Shown one piece after another: positions 13,901-28,817 of a DNA stretch of 64,000 nucleotides. The DNA is from the human T2T-CHM13v2.0 reference genome, Homo sapiens. Within the stretch, counting starts at the first letter, position 1. Every line of letters begins with the position of its first letter. The translations under genes and the position numbers were made by a program. The stretch spans positions 30,112,001 to 30,176,000 of the forward strand of contig CP086569.2 in the NCBI GenBank assembly GCA_009914755.4. The letters are read 5' to 3'. The notes under the pieces were generated by a model. It ran no database searches, was not told the origin of the DNA, and was given only the letters and a program-made list of their open reading frames with translations.

Positions 13901-14573
13901 TGTAATCGAATGGAAAGTAATCCAATGGAATAGAATCTAATGCAATAAAATCGACTCAGATAGAGTAGAATGTAATGGAATGGAGTGCAGTGCAATGGAA
14001 TGGAATGGAATGGAATGCAATGGAATGGAATGGAATGGAATGGAATGGAATGGAATGGAATGGAATGGAATGGAATGGAATGGAATGGGATGGAATGGTA
14101 TGGAATGGATAGTAATGGACTGGAGTGAAATGGACTGGAAAGGAATGGACTCAAATTGAAAGGTCTCGAAAGGAATGGAGTCAAATGGAATGGTCTGGAA
14201 TGGAATGAACACGAATGTAATGCAACCCAATAGAATGGAATCGAATGGCATGGAATATAAAGAAATGGAATCGAAGAGAATGGAAACAAATGGAATGGAA
14301 TTGAATGGAATGGAATTGAATGGAATGGGAACGAATGGAGTGAAATTGTATGCAGTAGAAGAGAATAGAATGGAATGCAAGCGAAAGGAAAGGAATGGAT
14401 TGGAATGGAATGGAATTCATTGGAATGGAAGGGAATGTAGTGTAATGGACAGGCCTGGAATAAAGTGGAATGCTACGGTCTCGAATGGAATAAAAATGTA
14501 TGGAATGGAATGCAATGAAACGGAATCGAATGTCATAGAATGTAACGGAATGCAAAAAAATGGAATCCAAAAT
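10986..14573 (+). repeat. HOR unit 4 (3588 bp); near-identical to unit 3
   Basis: Anchor at 10986. The same private variants recur at 11746, 12366 and 12491. The pure pentamer tract is at its longest here. Confidence 0.9.
13999..14093 (+). repeat. Pure (AATGG)n microsatellite-like tract inside unit 4 (95 bp, longest simple version)
   Basis: It lies between gtgcaatgg and aatggtatgg and reads (AATGG)3 AATGC (AATGG)n AATGG GATGG. The homologous tract is 75 bp in unit 1 (3289–3363). Confidence 0.85.
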
Positions 14574-17500
14574 CATTGACTGGAAAGGCTGGGTGTCGAA
14601 AGGAATTGACTCCAATGGAATGGAATCGAATGGAATGGAAGTGAATAGAATCGAACTAAATCGAATGGAATGGAATTGATAGGAACGGAATGGAAAGGAA
14701 TGCAATGATTTGGCATGGAATGGAATCGAATGGCATCGAATGGAATGGAATGGAATGCAATGGAATGGAATGTATTAGAATGTAATGAACTTTAATGGAA
14801 TGTACTCGAATGGATTCGACTGGAATGGAATGTTCTGGAAGTGAATGGACTCCAATGGAATGGATTCAAAAGGAATGGAATCGTACGGAATGGAATCTAA
14901 TGGAATGGAATTAAATGGAAATGAATCAAATTGAATAGCACGGAATTGAATTGAATGGAATGGAATGCAATGGAATCTAATGAAACGGAAAGGAAAGGAA
15001 TGGAATGGAATGGAATGGGCTGGAATGGAAAGGAATCGAAACGAATGGAATGGAATCGAAGTGAAGAGACTGGAATGGAATGCACTGGAATGGAAGGGAG
15101 TGTAATGGAAGGTTCTCGAAAAAAATGGAATCGAATGGAATGGAATTGAATGGAACGGAATAGAGTCGAATGGAATTGAATGGAATGGAATGGACTAGAG
15201 TGAAATGGAATCGAACCACAAGGAATGGACAGGAATAGAATGGTCTCGAATTGAATGGAATCGTATGGAATGGCATCAAACGGAATGGAATGGACAGCCA
15301 CGGAATGGAATGCACTCGAATGCAATGGAGTCGAAACTAACGGACTGGAATAGAATGGACTCGACTGGTACGGACTCCAATGGAATGGAATCGAATGGAA
15401 CGGAATCGAACGGAATGGACTCGAAGGGAAAAGACTGCAATGGAAAGGTCTCGAATGGAATGGAAATTAATGGAATGGAATGGAGTCGAATGAAATGGAG
15501 TCAAAAGGAATGGAATCGAATGGCAAGAAATCGAATGTAATGGAATCGCAAGGAATTGATGTGAACGGAACGGAATGGAATGGAATCCAAAGGAATGGAA
15601 TAGAATGGAATGGAATCGAATGGAAAGGACTCGAATGGAAATCACTCGAATAGAATGCAATTTAATAAAATAGGATCAAATGTAATGGAATGGAATGGAA
15701 AGGAATCGAAACGAAAGGAATGGAGACAGATGGAATGGAATGGAACAGAGAGCAATGGTATAGAATGGAATGGAATCATCTGGAATGGAATTGAATGGAA
15801 TGGAATAATATGAAATGGAATGGAATGGAATGGAATGGAATGCCCTTGAATTAAATGGACTGGAATGGAATGGACTCAAACAGAGTGGAATGGAAAGTGT
15901 GGAGATAGAATGGAATGAACTCCTTTGGAATGGTCTAGTAGGCAATGCAATCGACTGGCAGGGAATCAAAAGGAATGTAATCGAATGGATTGGACTGGAA
16001 TGCAATGGACTCGAATAGATTGGAAACGGAATGCAAAGAATGGAATGGAATAGTATGGAATGGAATGGAAAGGAATGGAGTGCAACAGACTAGAGGGAAT
16101 GGAATGGACTGGAAAGCAATGGACTGGAATGGAACTTTCTTGAATGGACTGGAATCAAACGGAATGGAATGCAATGCAATCAAATGGCATGGAATAAAAT
16201 AGAATGAAAGAGAATCAAATGGAATTGAAACGAATGGAATCGAATGGATTGGAAAGGAATAGAATGGAATGAAATGGAATTGACTCAAATTGAATGGACT
16301 AGCATGGAATGGATTCGAATGGAAGGCAAAGGAATGGAATCTATTGGAATGGACTGTAATGGAATGGAATGGAAGGGATTGGAATGGACTCGAATGGAAT
16401 GGACTGCAATAGAAAGGATTCGAATGGAATGAAAAAGAATTGAATGGAATAGAACAGAATGGAATCAAATCGAATGAAATGGAATGGAATAGAAAGGAAT
16501 GGAATGAAATGGAATGGAAAGGATTCGAATGGAATGCAATCGAATGGAATGGAATCGAACGGAATGGAATAAAATGGAAGAAAACTGGCAAGAAATGGAA
16601 TCGAAATGAATGGAGTGTTATGGAATGGACTCAAAAGGAATTGAATGTAATAGAATGGAGTGGAGTGGACTCGAATATAATGGACTGGAATGGAATGAAA
16701 TCACATGGAATGGGAACGAATGGAATGGAATGGAAAGGAATGGAATCGAATGGAAAGGAATCGAATGGAAGGGAATGAAATTGAATCAACAGGAATGGAA
16801 GGGAATAGAATAGACGGTAATGGAATGGACTCGAATAGAATGGACACGAATGCTCAAATTAAATGGACTCGAATGGAATGGAAACGAAAGGAATGTCATC
16901 GAATGGAATTGAATCGATTGGAATGAAATCGCATAGAATGGAGTGGAATCAAATGGAATTGAATCGAAAGGAAAGGAAGCGAATGGACTGAAATGAAATG
17001 GAATGGAATTGAATGGAAAGTAATGCAATGGAATAGAATGGAACGAAATTTCACGGAATGGAATCAAACTGAATGGAATCAAATCAATGGAATCAAATCA
17101 AATGGAATGGAAAGGAATTGAATGGAGTAGATGGGATTGGATGGGATTGGAATGAAATGTACTGGAAAGGACTCGAATTTCATGAAACGGAATGGAATGA
17201 ATTGGAACGGAATGGACTCGAATGGAATGGAATGTCATGGGATGGCATCAAATGGAATGGCATCAAATGGAATGGAATCGAATGCAATGGAATGCTATGG
17301 AATGGAATGGAATGCATTGGAATGGAATGTCCTCTAATGGAATGGATTCGAGTGGAATGGAATTGAATATAATGGAGTCGAATGAAATGGAATTGAAAGG
17401 AATGGGATCGAATACAATGGAATATACTGGAATGTAACGTAATGAACTCGAATGTAATTGACTGGAATGGAATGTACATGAATGGAATGTAATCGAATGG

Positions 17501-18145
17501 AAAGTAATCCAATGGAATAGAATCTAATGCAATAAAATCGACTCAGATAGAGTAGAATGTAATGGAATGGAGTGCAGTGCAATGGAATGGAATGGAATGG
17601 AATGCAATGGAATGGAATGGAATGGAATGGAATGGAATGGAATGGAATGGAATGGAATGGGATGGAATGGTATGGAATGGATAGTAATGGACTGGAGTGA
17701 AATGGACTGGAAAGGAATGGACTCAAATTGAAAGGTCTCGAAAGGAATGGAGTCAAATGGAATGGTCTGGAATGGAATGAACACGAATGTAATGCAACCC
17801 AATAGAATGGAATCGAATGGCATGGAATATAAAGAAATGGAATCGAAGAGAATGGAAACAAATGGAATGGAATTGAATGGAATGGAATTGAATGGAATGG
17901 GAACGAATGGAGTGAAATTGTATGCAGTAGAAGAGAATAGAATGGAATGCAAGCGAAAGGAAAGGAATGGATTGGAATGGAATGGAATTCATTGGAATGG
18001 AAGGGAATGTAGTGTAATGGACAGGCCTGGAATAAAGTGGAATGCTACGGTCTCGAATGGAATAAAAATGTATGGAATGGAATGCAATGAAACGGAATCG
18101 AATGTCATAGAATGTAACGGAATGCAAAAAAATGGAATCCAAAAT
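14574..18145 (+). repeat. HOR unit 5 (3572 bp)
   Basis: Anchor at 14574. Shares tctagtaggcaatgc with units 3 and 4 but has gactggcagg restored. Confidence 0.9.
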
Positions 18146-21100
18146 CATTGACTGGAAAGGCTGGGTGTCGAAAGGAATTGACTCCAATGGAATGGAATCG
18201 AATGGAATGGAAGTGAATAGAATCGAACTAAATCGAATGGAATGGAATTGATAGGAACGGAATGGAAAGGAATGCAATGATTTGGCATGGAATGGAATCG
18301 AATGGCATCGAATGGAATGGAATGGAATGCAATGGAATGGAATGTATTAGAATGTAATGAACTTTAATGGAATGTACTCGAATGGATTCGACTGGAATGG
18401 AATGTTCTGGAAGTGAATGGACTCCAATGGAATGGATTCAAAAGGAATGGAATCGTACGGAATGGAATCTAATGGAATGGAATTAAATGGAAATGAATCA
18501 AATTGAATAGCACGGAATTGAATTGAATGGAATGGAATGCAATGGAATCTAATGAAACGGAAAGGAAAGGAATGGAATGGAATGGAATGGGCTGGAATGG
18601 AAAGGAATCGAAACGAATGGAATGGAATCGAACTGAAGAGACTGGAATGGAATGCACTGGAATGGAAGGGAGTGTAATGGAAGGTTCTCGAAAAAAATGG
18701 AATCGAATGGAATGGAATTGAATGGAACGGAATAGAGTCGAATGGAATTGAATGGAATGGAATGGACTAGAGTGAAATGGAATCGAACCACAAGGAATGG
18801 ACAGGAATAGAATGGTCTCGAATTGAATGGAATCGTATGGAATGGCATCAAACGGAATGGAATGGACAGCCACGGAATGGAATGCACTCGAATGCAATGG
18901 AGTCGAAACTAACGGACTGGAATAGAATGGACTCGACTGGTACGGACTCCAATGGAATGGAATCGAATGGAAGGGAATCGAACGGAATGGACTCGAAGGG
19001 AAAAGACTGCAATGGAAAGGTCTCGAATGGAATGGAAATTAATGGAATGGAATGGAGTCGAATGAAATGGAGTCAAAAGGAATGGAATCGAATGGCAAGA
19101 AATCGAATGTAATGGAATCGCAAGGAATTGATGTGAACGGAACGGAATGGAATGGAATCCAAAGGAATGGAATAGAATGGAATGGAATCGAATGGAAAGG
19201 ACTCGAATGGAAATCACTCGAATAGAATGCAATTTAATAAAATAGGATCAAATGTAATGGAATGGAATGGAAAGGAATCGAAACGAAAGGAATGGAGACA
19301 GATGGAATGGAATGGAACAGAGAGCAATGGTATAGAATGGAATGGAATCATCTGGAATGGAATTGAATGGAATGGAATAATATGAAATGGAATGGAATGG
19401 AATGGAATGGAATGGAATGAACTTGAATTAAATGGACTGGAATGGAATGGACTCGAACAGAGTGGAATGGAAAGTGTTGAGATAGAATGGAATGGACTCC
19501 TTTGGAATGGTGTAGTATGCAATGCAATCGACTGGCAGGGAATCAAAAGGAATGTAATCGAATGGATTGGACTGGAATGCAATGGACTCGAATAGATTGG
19601 AAACGGAATGCAAAGGAATGGAATGGAATAGTATGGAATGGAATGGAAAGGAATGGAGTGGAATAGACTAGAGTGGAATGGAATGGACTGGAAAGCAATG
19701 GACTGGAATGGAACTTTCTTGAAAGGACTGGAATCAAACGGAATGGAATGCAATGCAATCAAATGGCATGGAATAAAATAGAATGAAAGAGAATCAAATG
19801 GAATTGAATCGAATGGAATCGAATGGATTGGAAAGGAATAGAATGGAATGGAATGGAATTGACTCAAATGGAATGGACTAGAATGGAATGGATTCGAATG
19901 GAAGGCAAAGGAATGGAATCTATTGGAATGGACTGTAATGGAATGGAATGGAAGGGATTGGAATGGACTCGAATGGAATGGACTGCAATAGAAAGGATTC
20001 GAATGGAATGAAAAAGAATTGAATGGAATAGAACAGAATGGAATCAAATCGAATGAAATGGAATGGAATAGAAAGGAATGGAATGAAATGGAATGGAAAG
20101 GATTCGAATGGAATGCAATCGAATGGAATGGAATCGAACGGAATGGAATAAAATGGAAGAAAACTGGCAAGAAATGGAATCGAAATGAATGGAGTGTTAT
20201 GGAACGGACTCAAAAGGAATTGAATGTAATAGAATGGAGTGGAGTGGACTCGAATATAATGGACTGGAATGGAATGAAATCACATGGAATGGGAACGAAT
20301 GGAATGGAATGGAAAGGAATGGAATCGAATGGAAAGGAATCGAATGGAAGGGAATGAAATTGAATCAACAGGAATGGAAGGGAATAGAATAGACGGTAAT
20401 GGAATGGACTCGAATAGAATGGACACGAATGCTCAAATTGAATGGACTCGAATGGAATGGAAACGAAAGGAATGTCATCGAATGGAATTGAATCGATTGG
20501 AATGAAATCGCATAGAATGGAGTGGAATCAAATGGAATTGAATCGAAAGGAAAGGAAGCGAATGGACTGAAATGAAATGGAATGGAATTGAATGGAAAGT
20601 AATGCAATGGAATAGAATGGAACGAAATTTCACGGAATGGAATCAAACTGAATGGAATCAAATCAATGGAATCAAATCAAATGGAATGGAAAGGAATTGA
20701 ATGGAGTAGATTGGATTGGATGGGATTGGAATGAAATGTACTGGAAAGGACTCGAATTTCATGAAACGGAATGGAATGAATTGGAACGGAATGGACTCGA
20801 ATGGAATGGAATGTCATGGAATGGCATCAAATGGAATGGCATCAAATGGAATGGAATCGAATGCAATGGAATGCTATGGAATGGAATGGAATGCATTGGA
20901 ATGGAATGTCCTCTAATGGAATGGATTCGAGTGGAATGGAATCGAATATAATGGAGTCGAATGAAATGGAATTGAAAGGAATGGGATCGAATACAATGGA
21001 ATATACTGGAATGTAATGTAATGAACTCGAATGTAATTGACTGGAATGGAATGTACATGAATGGAATGTAATCGAATGGAAAGTAATCCAATGGAATAGA

Positions 21101-21739
21101 ATCTAATGCAATAAAATCGACTCAGATAGAGTAGAATGTAATGGAATGGAGTGCAGTGCAATGGAATGGAATGGAATGGAATGCAATGGAATGGAATGGA
21201 ATGGAATGGAATGCAATGGAATGGAATGGAATGGAATGGAATGCAATGGAATGGGATGGAATGGTATGGAATGGATAGTAATGGACTGGAGTGAAATGGA
21301 CTGGAAAGGAATGGACTCAAATTGAAAGGGCTCGAAAGGAATGGAGTCAAATGGAATGGTCTGGAATGGAATGAACACGAATGTAATGCAATCCAATAGA
21401 ATGGAATCGAATGGCATGGAATATAAAGAAATGGAATCGAAGAGAATGGAAACAAATGGAATGGAATTGAATGGAATGGAATTGAATGGAATGGGAATGA
21501 ATGGAGTGAAATTGTATGCAGTAGAAGGGAATAGAATGGAATGCAAGCGAAAGGAAAGGAATGGATTGGAATGGAATGGAATTCATTGGAATGGAAGGGA
21601 ATGTAGTGTAATGGACAGGCCTGGAATAAAGTGGAATGCTACGGTCTCGAATGGAATAAAAATGTATGGAATGGAATGCAATGAAACGGAATCGAATGTC
21701 ATAGAATGTAATGGAAAGCAAAAAAATGGAATCCAAAAT
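18146..21739 (+). repeat. HOR unit 6 (3594 bp)
   Basis: Anchor at 18146. The caaccc>caatcc change first appears here. The pure tract carries three atgcaatgg interruptions. Confidence 0.9.
21165..21259 (+). repeat. Same tract in unit 6 with internal sub-repeat (three atgcaatgg interruptions)
   Basis: 21165–21259 reads aatggaatggaatggaatgcaatgg... repeated. Units 9 (31795–31874) and 13 (46035–46114) have two interruptions and end in aatgtgatgg instead of aatgggatgg. Confidence 0.8.
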
Positions 21740-24700
21740 CATTGACTGGAAAGGCTGGGTGTCGAAAGGAATTGACTCCAATGGAATGGAATCGAATGGA
21801 ATGGAAGTGAATAGAATCGAACTAAATCGAATGGAATGGAATTGATAGGAATGGAATGGAAAGGAATGCAATGATTTGGCATGGAATGGAATCGAATGGC
21901 ATCGAATGGAATGGAATGGAATGCAATGGAATGGAATGTATTACAATGTAATGAACTTTAATGGAATGTACTCGAATGGATTCGACTGGAATGGAATGTT
22001 CTGGAAGTGAATGGACTCCAATGGAATGGATTCAAAAGGAATGGAATCGTACGGAATGGAATCTAATGGAATGGAATTAAATGGAAATGAATCAAATTGA
22101 ATAGCACGGAATTGAATTGAATGGAATGGAATGCAATGGAATCTAATGAAACGGAAAGGAAAGGAATGGAATGGAATGGAATGGACTGGAATGGAAAGGA
22201 ATCGAAACGAATGGAATGGAATCGAACTGAAGAGACTGGAATGGAATGCACTGGAATGGAAGGGAGTGTAATGGAAGGTTCTCGAAAAAAATGGAATCGA
22301 ATGGAATGGAATTGAATGGAACGGAATAGAGTCGAATGGAATTGAATGGAATGGAATGGACTAGAGTGAAATGGAATCGAACCACAAGGAATGGACAGGA
22401 ATAGAATGGTCTCGAATTGAATGGAATCGTATGGAATGGCATCAAACGGAATGGAATGGACAGCCACGGAATGGAATGCACTCGAATGCAATGGAGTCGA
22501 AACTAATGGACTGGAATAGAATGGACTCGACTGGTACGGACTCCAATGGAATGGAATCGAATGGAAGGGAATCGAACGGAAGGGAATCGAACGGAATGGA
22601 CTCGAAGGGAAAAGACTGCAATGGAAAGGTCTCGAATGGAATGGAAATCAATGGAATGGAATGGAATCGAATGAAATGGAGTCAAAAGGAATGGAATCGA
22701 ATGGCAAGAAATCGAATGTAATGGAATCGCAAGGAATTGATGTGAACGGAACGGAATGGAATGGAATCCAAAGGAATGGAATAGAATGGAATGGAATCGA
22801 ATGGAAAGGACTCGAATGGAAATCACTCGAATAGAATGCAATTTAATAAAATAGGATCAAATGTAATGGAATGGAATGGAAAGGAATCGAAACGAAAGGA
22901 ATGGAGACAGATGGAATGGAATGGAACAGAGAGCAATGGTATAGAATGGAATGGAATCATCTGGAATGGAATTGAATGGAATGGAATGGAATGCCCTTGA
23001 ATTAAATGGACTGGAATGGAATGGACTCAAACAGAGTGGAATGGAAAGTGTGGAGATAGATTGGAATGAACTCCTTTGGAATGGTCTAGTAGGCAATGCA
23101 ATCGACTGGCAGGGAATCAAAAGGAATGTAATCGAATGGATTGGACTGGAATGCAATGGACTCGAATAGATTGGAAACGGAATGCAAAGGAATGGAATGG
23201 AATAGTATGGAATGGAACGGAAAGGAATGGAGTGGAATAGACTAGAGTGGAATGGAATGGACTGGAAAGCAATGGACTGGAATGGAACTTTCTTGAATGG
23301 ACTGGAATCAAACGGAATGGAATGCAATGCAATCAAATGGCATGGAATAAAATAGAATGAAAGAGAATCAAATGGAATTGAATCGAATGGAATCGAATGG
23401 ATTGGAAAGGAATAGAATGGAATGGAATGGAATTGACTCAAATGGAATGGACTAGAATGGAATGGATTCGAATGGAAGGCAAAGGAATGGAATCTATTGG
23501 AATGGACTGTAATGGAATGGAATGGAAGGGATTGGAATGGACTCGAATGGAATGGACTGCAATAGAAAGGATTCGAATGGAATGAAAAAGAATTGAATGG
23601 AATAGAACAGAATGGAATCAAATCGAATGAAATGGAATGGAATAGAAAGGAATGGAATGAAATGGAATGAAAAGGATTCCAATGGAATGCAATCGAATGG
23701 AATGGAATCGAACGGAATGTAATAAAATGGAAGAAAACTGGCAAGAAATGGAATCGAAATGAATGGAGTGTTATGGAACGGACTCAAAAGGAATTGAATG
23801 TAATAGAATGGAGTGGAGTGGACTCGAATATAATGGACTGGAATGGAATGAAATCACATGGAATGGGAACGAATGGAATGGAATGGAAAGGAATGGAATC
23901 GAATGGAAAGGAATCGAATGGAAGGGAATGAAATTGAATCAACAGGAATGGAAGGGAATAGAATAGACGGTAATGGAATGGACTCGAATAGAATGGACAC
24001 GAATGCTCAAATTGAATGGACTCGAATGGAATGGAAACGAAAGGAATGTCATCGAATGGAATTGAATCGATTGGAATGAAATCGCATAGAATGGAGTGGA
24101 ATCAAATGGAATTGAATCGAAAGGAAAGGAAGCGAATGGACTGAAATGAAATGGAATGGAATTGAATGGAAAGTAATGCAATGGAATAGAATGGAACGAA
24201 ATTTCACGGAATGGAATCAAACTGAATGGAATCAAATCAATGGAATCAAATCAAATGGAATGGAAAGGAATTGAATGGAGTAGATTGGATTGGATGGGAT
24301 TGGAATGAAATGAACTGGAAAGGACTCGAATTTCATGAAACGGAATGGAATGAATTGGAACGGAATGGACTCGAATGGAATGGAATGTCATGGAATGGCA
24401 TCAAATGGAATGGCATCAAATGGAATGGAATCGAATGCAATGGAATGCTATGGAATGGAATGGAATGCATTGGAATGGAATGTCCTCTAATGGAATGGAT
24501 TCGAGTGGAATGGAATCGAATATAATGGAGTCGAATGAAATGGAATTGAAAGGAATGGGATCGAATACAATGGAATATACTGGAATGTAATGTAATGAAC
24601 TCGAATGTAATTGACTGGAATGGAATGTACATGAATGGAATGTAATCGAATGGAAAGTAATCCAATGGAATAGAATCTAATGCAATAAAATCGACTCAGA

Positions 24701-25283
24701 TAGAGTAGAATGTAATGGAATGGAGTGCAGTGCAATGGAATGGAATGGAATGGAATGCAATGGAATGGAATGGAATGGAATGGAATGGAATGGAATGGGA
24801 TGGAATGGTATGGAATGGATAGTAATGGACTGGAATGAAATGGACTGGAAAAGAATGGACTCAAATTGAAAGGGCTCGAAAGGAATGGAGTCAAATGGAA
24901 TGGTCTGGAATGGAATGAACACGAATGTAATGCAATCCAATAGAATGGAATCGAATGGCATGGAATATAAAGAAACGGAATCGAAGAGAATGGAAACAAA
25001 TGGAATGGAATTGAATGGAATGGAATTGAATGGAACGGGAACGAATGGAGTGAAATTGTATGCAGTAGAAGGGAATAGAATGGAATGCAAGCGAAAGGAA
25101 AGGAATGGATTGCAATGGAATCGAATTCATTGGAATGGAAGGGAATGTAGTGTAATGGACAGGCCTGGAATAAAGTGGAATGCTACGGTCTCGAATGGAA
25201 TAAAAATGTATGGAATGGAATGCAATGAAACGGAATCGAATGTCATAGAATGTAATGGAATGCAAAAAAATGGAATCCAAAAT
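21740..25283 (+). repeat. HOR unit 7 (3544 bp)
   Basis: Anchor at 21740. Carries a ~30 bp deletion removing aataatatgaaatggaatggaatgg near 22985. Confidence 0.9.
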
Positions 25284-28200
25284 CATTGACTGGAAAGGCT
25301 GGGTGTCGAAAGGAATTGACTCCAATGGAATGGAATCGAATGGAATGGAAGTGAATAGAATCAAACTAAATCGAATGGAATGGAATTGATAGGAACGGAA
25401 TGGAAAGGAATGCAATGATTTGGCATGGAATGGAATCGAATGGCATCGAATGGAATGGAATGGAATGCAATGGAATGGAATGTATTAGAATGTAATGAAC
25501 ATTAATGGAATGTACTCGAATGGATTCGACTGGAATGGAATGTTCTGGAAGTGAATGGACTCCAATGGAATGGATTCGAAAGGAATGGAATCGAACGGAA
25601 TGGAATCTAATGGAATGGAATTAAATGGAAATGAATCAAATTGAATAGCACGGAATTGAATTGAATGGAATCGAATGCAATGGAATCTAATGAAACCGAA
25701 AGGAAAGGAATGGAATGGAATGGAATGGGCTGGAATGGAAAGGAATCGAAACGAATGGAATGGAATCGAACTGAAGAGACTGGAATGGAATGCACTGGAA
25801 TGGAAGGGAGTGTAATGGAAGGTTCTCGAAAATAATGGAAGCAAATGGAATGGAATTGAATGGAACGGAATAGAGTCGAATGGAATTGAATGGAATGGAA
25901 TGGACTAGAGTGAAATGGAATCGAACCACAAGGAATGGACAGGAATAGAATGGTCTCGAATTGAATGGAATCGTATGGAATGGCATCAAACGGAATGGAA
26001 TGGACAGCCACGGAATGGAATGCACTCGAATGCAATGGAGTCGAAACTTATGGACTGGAATAGAATGGACTCGACTGGTACGGACTCCAATGGAATGGAA
26101 TCGAATGGAAGGGATTCGAACGGAATGGACTCGAAGGGAAAAGACTGCAATGGAAAGGTCTCGAATGGAATGGAAATTAATGGAATGGAATGGAATCGAA
26201 TGAAATGGAGTCAAAAGGAATGGAATCGAATGGCAAGAAATCGAATGTAATGGAATCGCAAGGAATTGATGTGAACGGAACGGAATGGAATGGAATCCAA
26301 AGGAATGGAATCGAATGGAAAGGACTCGAATGGAAATCACTCGAATAGAATGCAATTTAATAAAATAGGATCAAATGTAATTGAATGGAATGGAAAGGAA
26401 TCGAAACGAAAGGAATGGAGACAGATGGAATGGAATGGAACAGAGAGCAATGGTATAGAATGGAATGGAATAATCTGGAATGGAATTGAATGGAATGGAA
26501 TAATATGAAATGGAATGGAATGGAATGGAATGGAATGCCCTTGAATTAAATGGACTGGAATGGAATGGACTCGAACAGAGTGGAATGGAAAGTGTTGAGA
26601 TAGAATGGAATGGACTCTTTTGGAATGGTCTAGTATGCAATGCAATCGACTGGCAGGGAATCAAAAGGAATGTAATCGAATGGATTAGAATGGAATGCAA
26701 TGGACTCGAATAGATTGGAAACGGAATGCAAAGGAATGGAATGGAATAGTATGGAATGGAATGGAAAGGAATGGAGTGGAATAGACTAGAGTGGAATGGA
26801 ATGGACTGGAAAGCAATGGACTGGAATGGAACTTTCTTGAATGGACTGGAATCAAACGGAATGGAATGCAATGCAATCAAATGGCATGGAATATAATAGA
26901 ATGAAAGAGAATCAAATGGAATTGAATCGAATGGAATCGAATGGATTGGAAAGGAATAGAATGGAATGGAATGGAATTGACTCAAATGGAATGGACTAGA
27001 ATGGAATGGATTCGAATGGAAGGCAAAGGAATGGAATCTATTGGAATGGACTGTAATGGAATGGAATGGAAGGGATTGGAATGGACTCGAATGGAATGGA
27101 CTGCAATAGAAAGGATTCGAATGGAATGAAAAAGAATTGAATGGAATAGAACAGAATGGAATCAAATCGAATGAAATGGAATGGAATAGAAAGGAATGGA
27201 ATGAAATGGAATGGAAAGGATTCGAATGGAATGCAATCGAATGGAATGGAATCGAACGGAATGGAATAAAATGGAAGAAAACTGGCAAGAAATGGAATCG
27301 AAATGAATGGAGTGTTATGGAACGGACTCAAAAGGAATTGAATGTAATAGAATGGAGTGGAGTGGACTCGAATATAATGGACTGGAATGGAATGAAATCA
27401 CATGGAATGGGAACGAATGGAATGGAATGGAAAGGAATGGAATCGAATGGAAAGGAATCGAATGGAAGGGAATGAAATTGAATCAACACGAATGGAAGGG
27501 AATAGAATAGACGGTAATGGAATGGACTCGAATAGAATGGACACGAATGCTCAAATTGAATGGACTCGAATGGAATGGAAACGAAAGGAATGTCATCGAA
27601 TGGAATTGAATCGATTGGAATGAAATCGCATAGAATGGAGTGGAATCAAATGGAATTGAATCGAAAGGAAAGGAAGCGAATGGACTGAAATGAAATGGAA
27701 TGGAATTGAATGGAAAGTAATGCAATGGAATAGAATGGAACGAAATTTCACGGAATGGAATCAAACTGAATTTAATCAAATCAATGGAATCCAATCAAAT
27801 GGAATGGAGTAGATTGGATTGGATGGGATTGGAATGAAATGTACTGGAAAGGACTCGAATTTCATGAAACGGAATGGAATGAATTGGAACGGAATGGACT
27901 CGAATGGAATGGAATGTCATAGAATGGCATCAAATGGAATGGCATCAAATGGAATGGAATCGAATGCAATGGAATGCTATGGAATGGAATGGAATGCATT
28001 GGAATGGAATGTCCTCTAATGGAATGGATTCGAGTGGAATGGAATCGAATATAATGGAGTCAAATGAAATGGAATTGAAAGGAATGGGATCGAATACAAT
28101 GGAATATACTGGAATGTAATGTAATGAACTCGAATGTAATTGACTGGAATGGAATGTACATGAATGGAATGTAATCGAATGGAAAGTAATCCAATGGAAT

Positions 28201-28817
28201 AGAAACTAATGCAATAAAATCGACTCAGATAGAGTAGAATGTAATGGAATGGAGTGCAGTGCAATGGAATGGAATGGAATGGAATGCAATGGAATGGAAT
28301 GGAATGGAATGGAATGGAATGGAATGGAATGGGATGGAATGGTATGGAATGGATAGTAATGGACTGGAGTGAAATGGACTGGAAAGGAATGGACTGAAAT
28401 TGAAAGGGCTCGAAAGGAATGGAGTCAAATGGAATGGTCTGGAATGGAATGAACACGAATGTAATGCAATCCAATAGAATGGAATCGAATGGCATGGAAT
28501 ATAAAGAAATGGAATCGAAGAGAATGGAAACAAATGGAATGGAATTGAATGGAATGGAATTGAATGGAATGGGAACGAATGGAGTGAAATTGTATGCAGT
28601 AGAAGGGAATAGAATGGAATGCAAGCGAAAGGAAAGGAATGGATTGGAATGGAATGGAATTCATTGGAATGGAAGGGAATGTAGTGTAATGGACAGGCCT
28701 GGAATAAAGTGGAATGCTACGGTCTCGAATGGAATAAAAATGTATGGAATGGAATGCAATGAAACGGAATCGAATGTCATAGAATGTAATGGAATGCAAA
28801 AAAATGGAATCCAAAAT
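25284..28817 (+). repeat. HOR unit 8 (3534 bp)
   Basis: Anchor at 25284. Has the variant aacattaatgg near 25497. Confidence 0.9.
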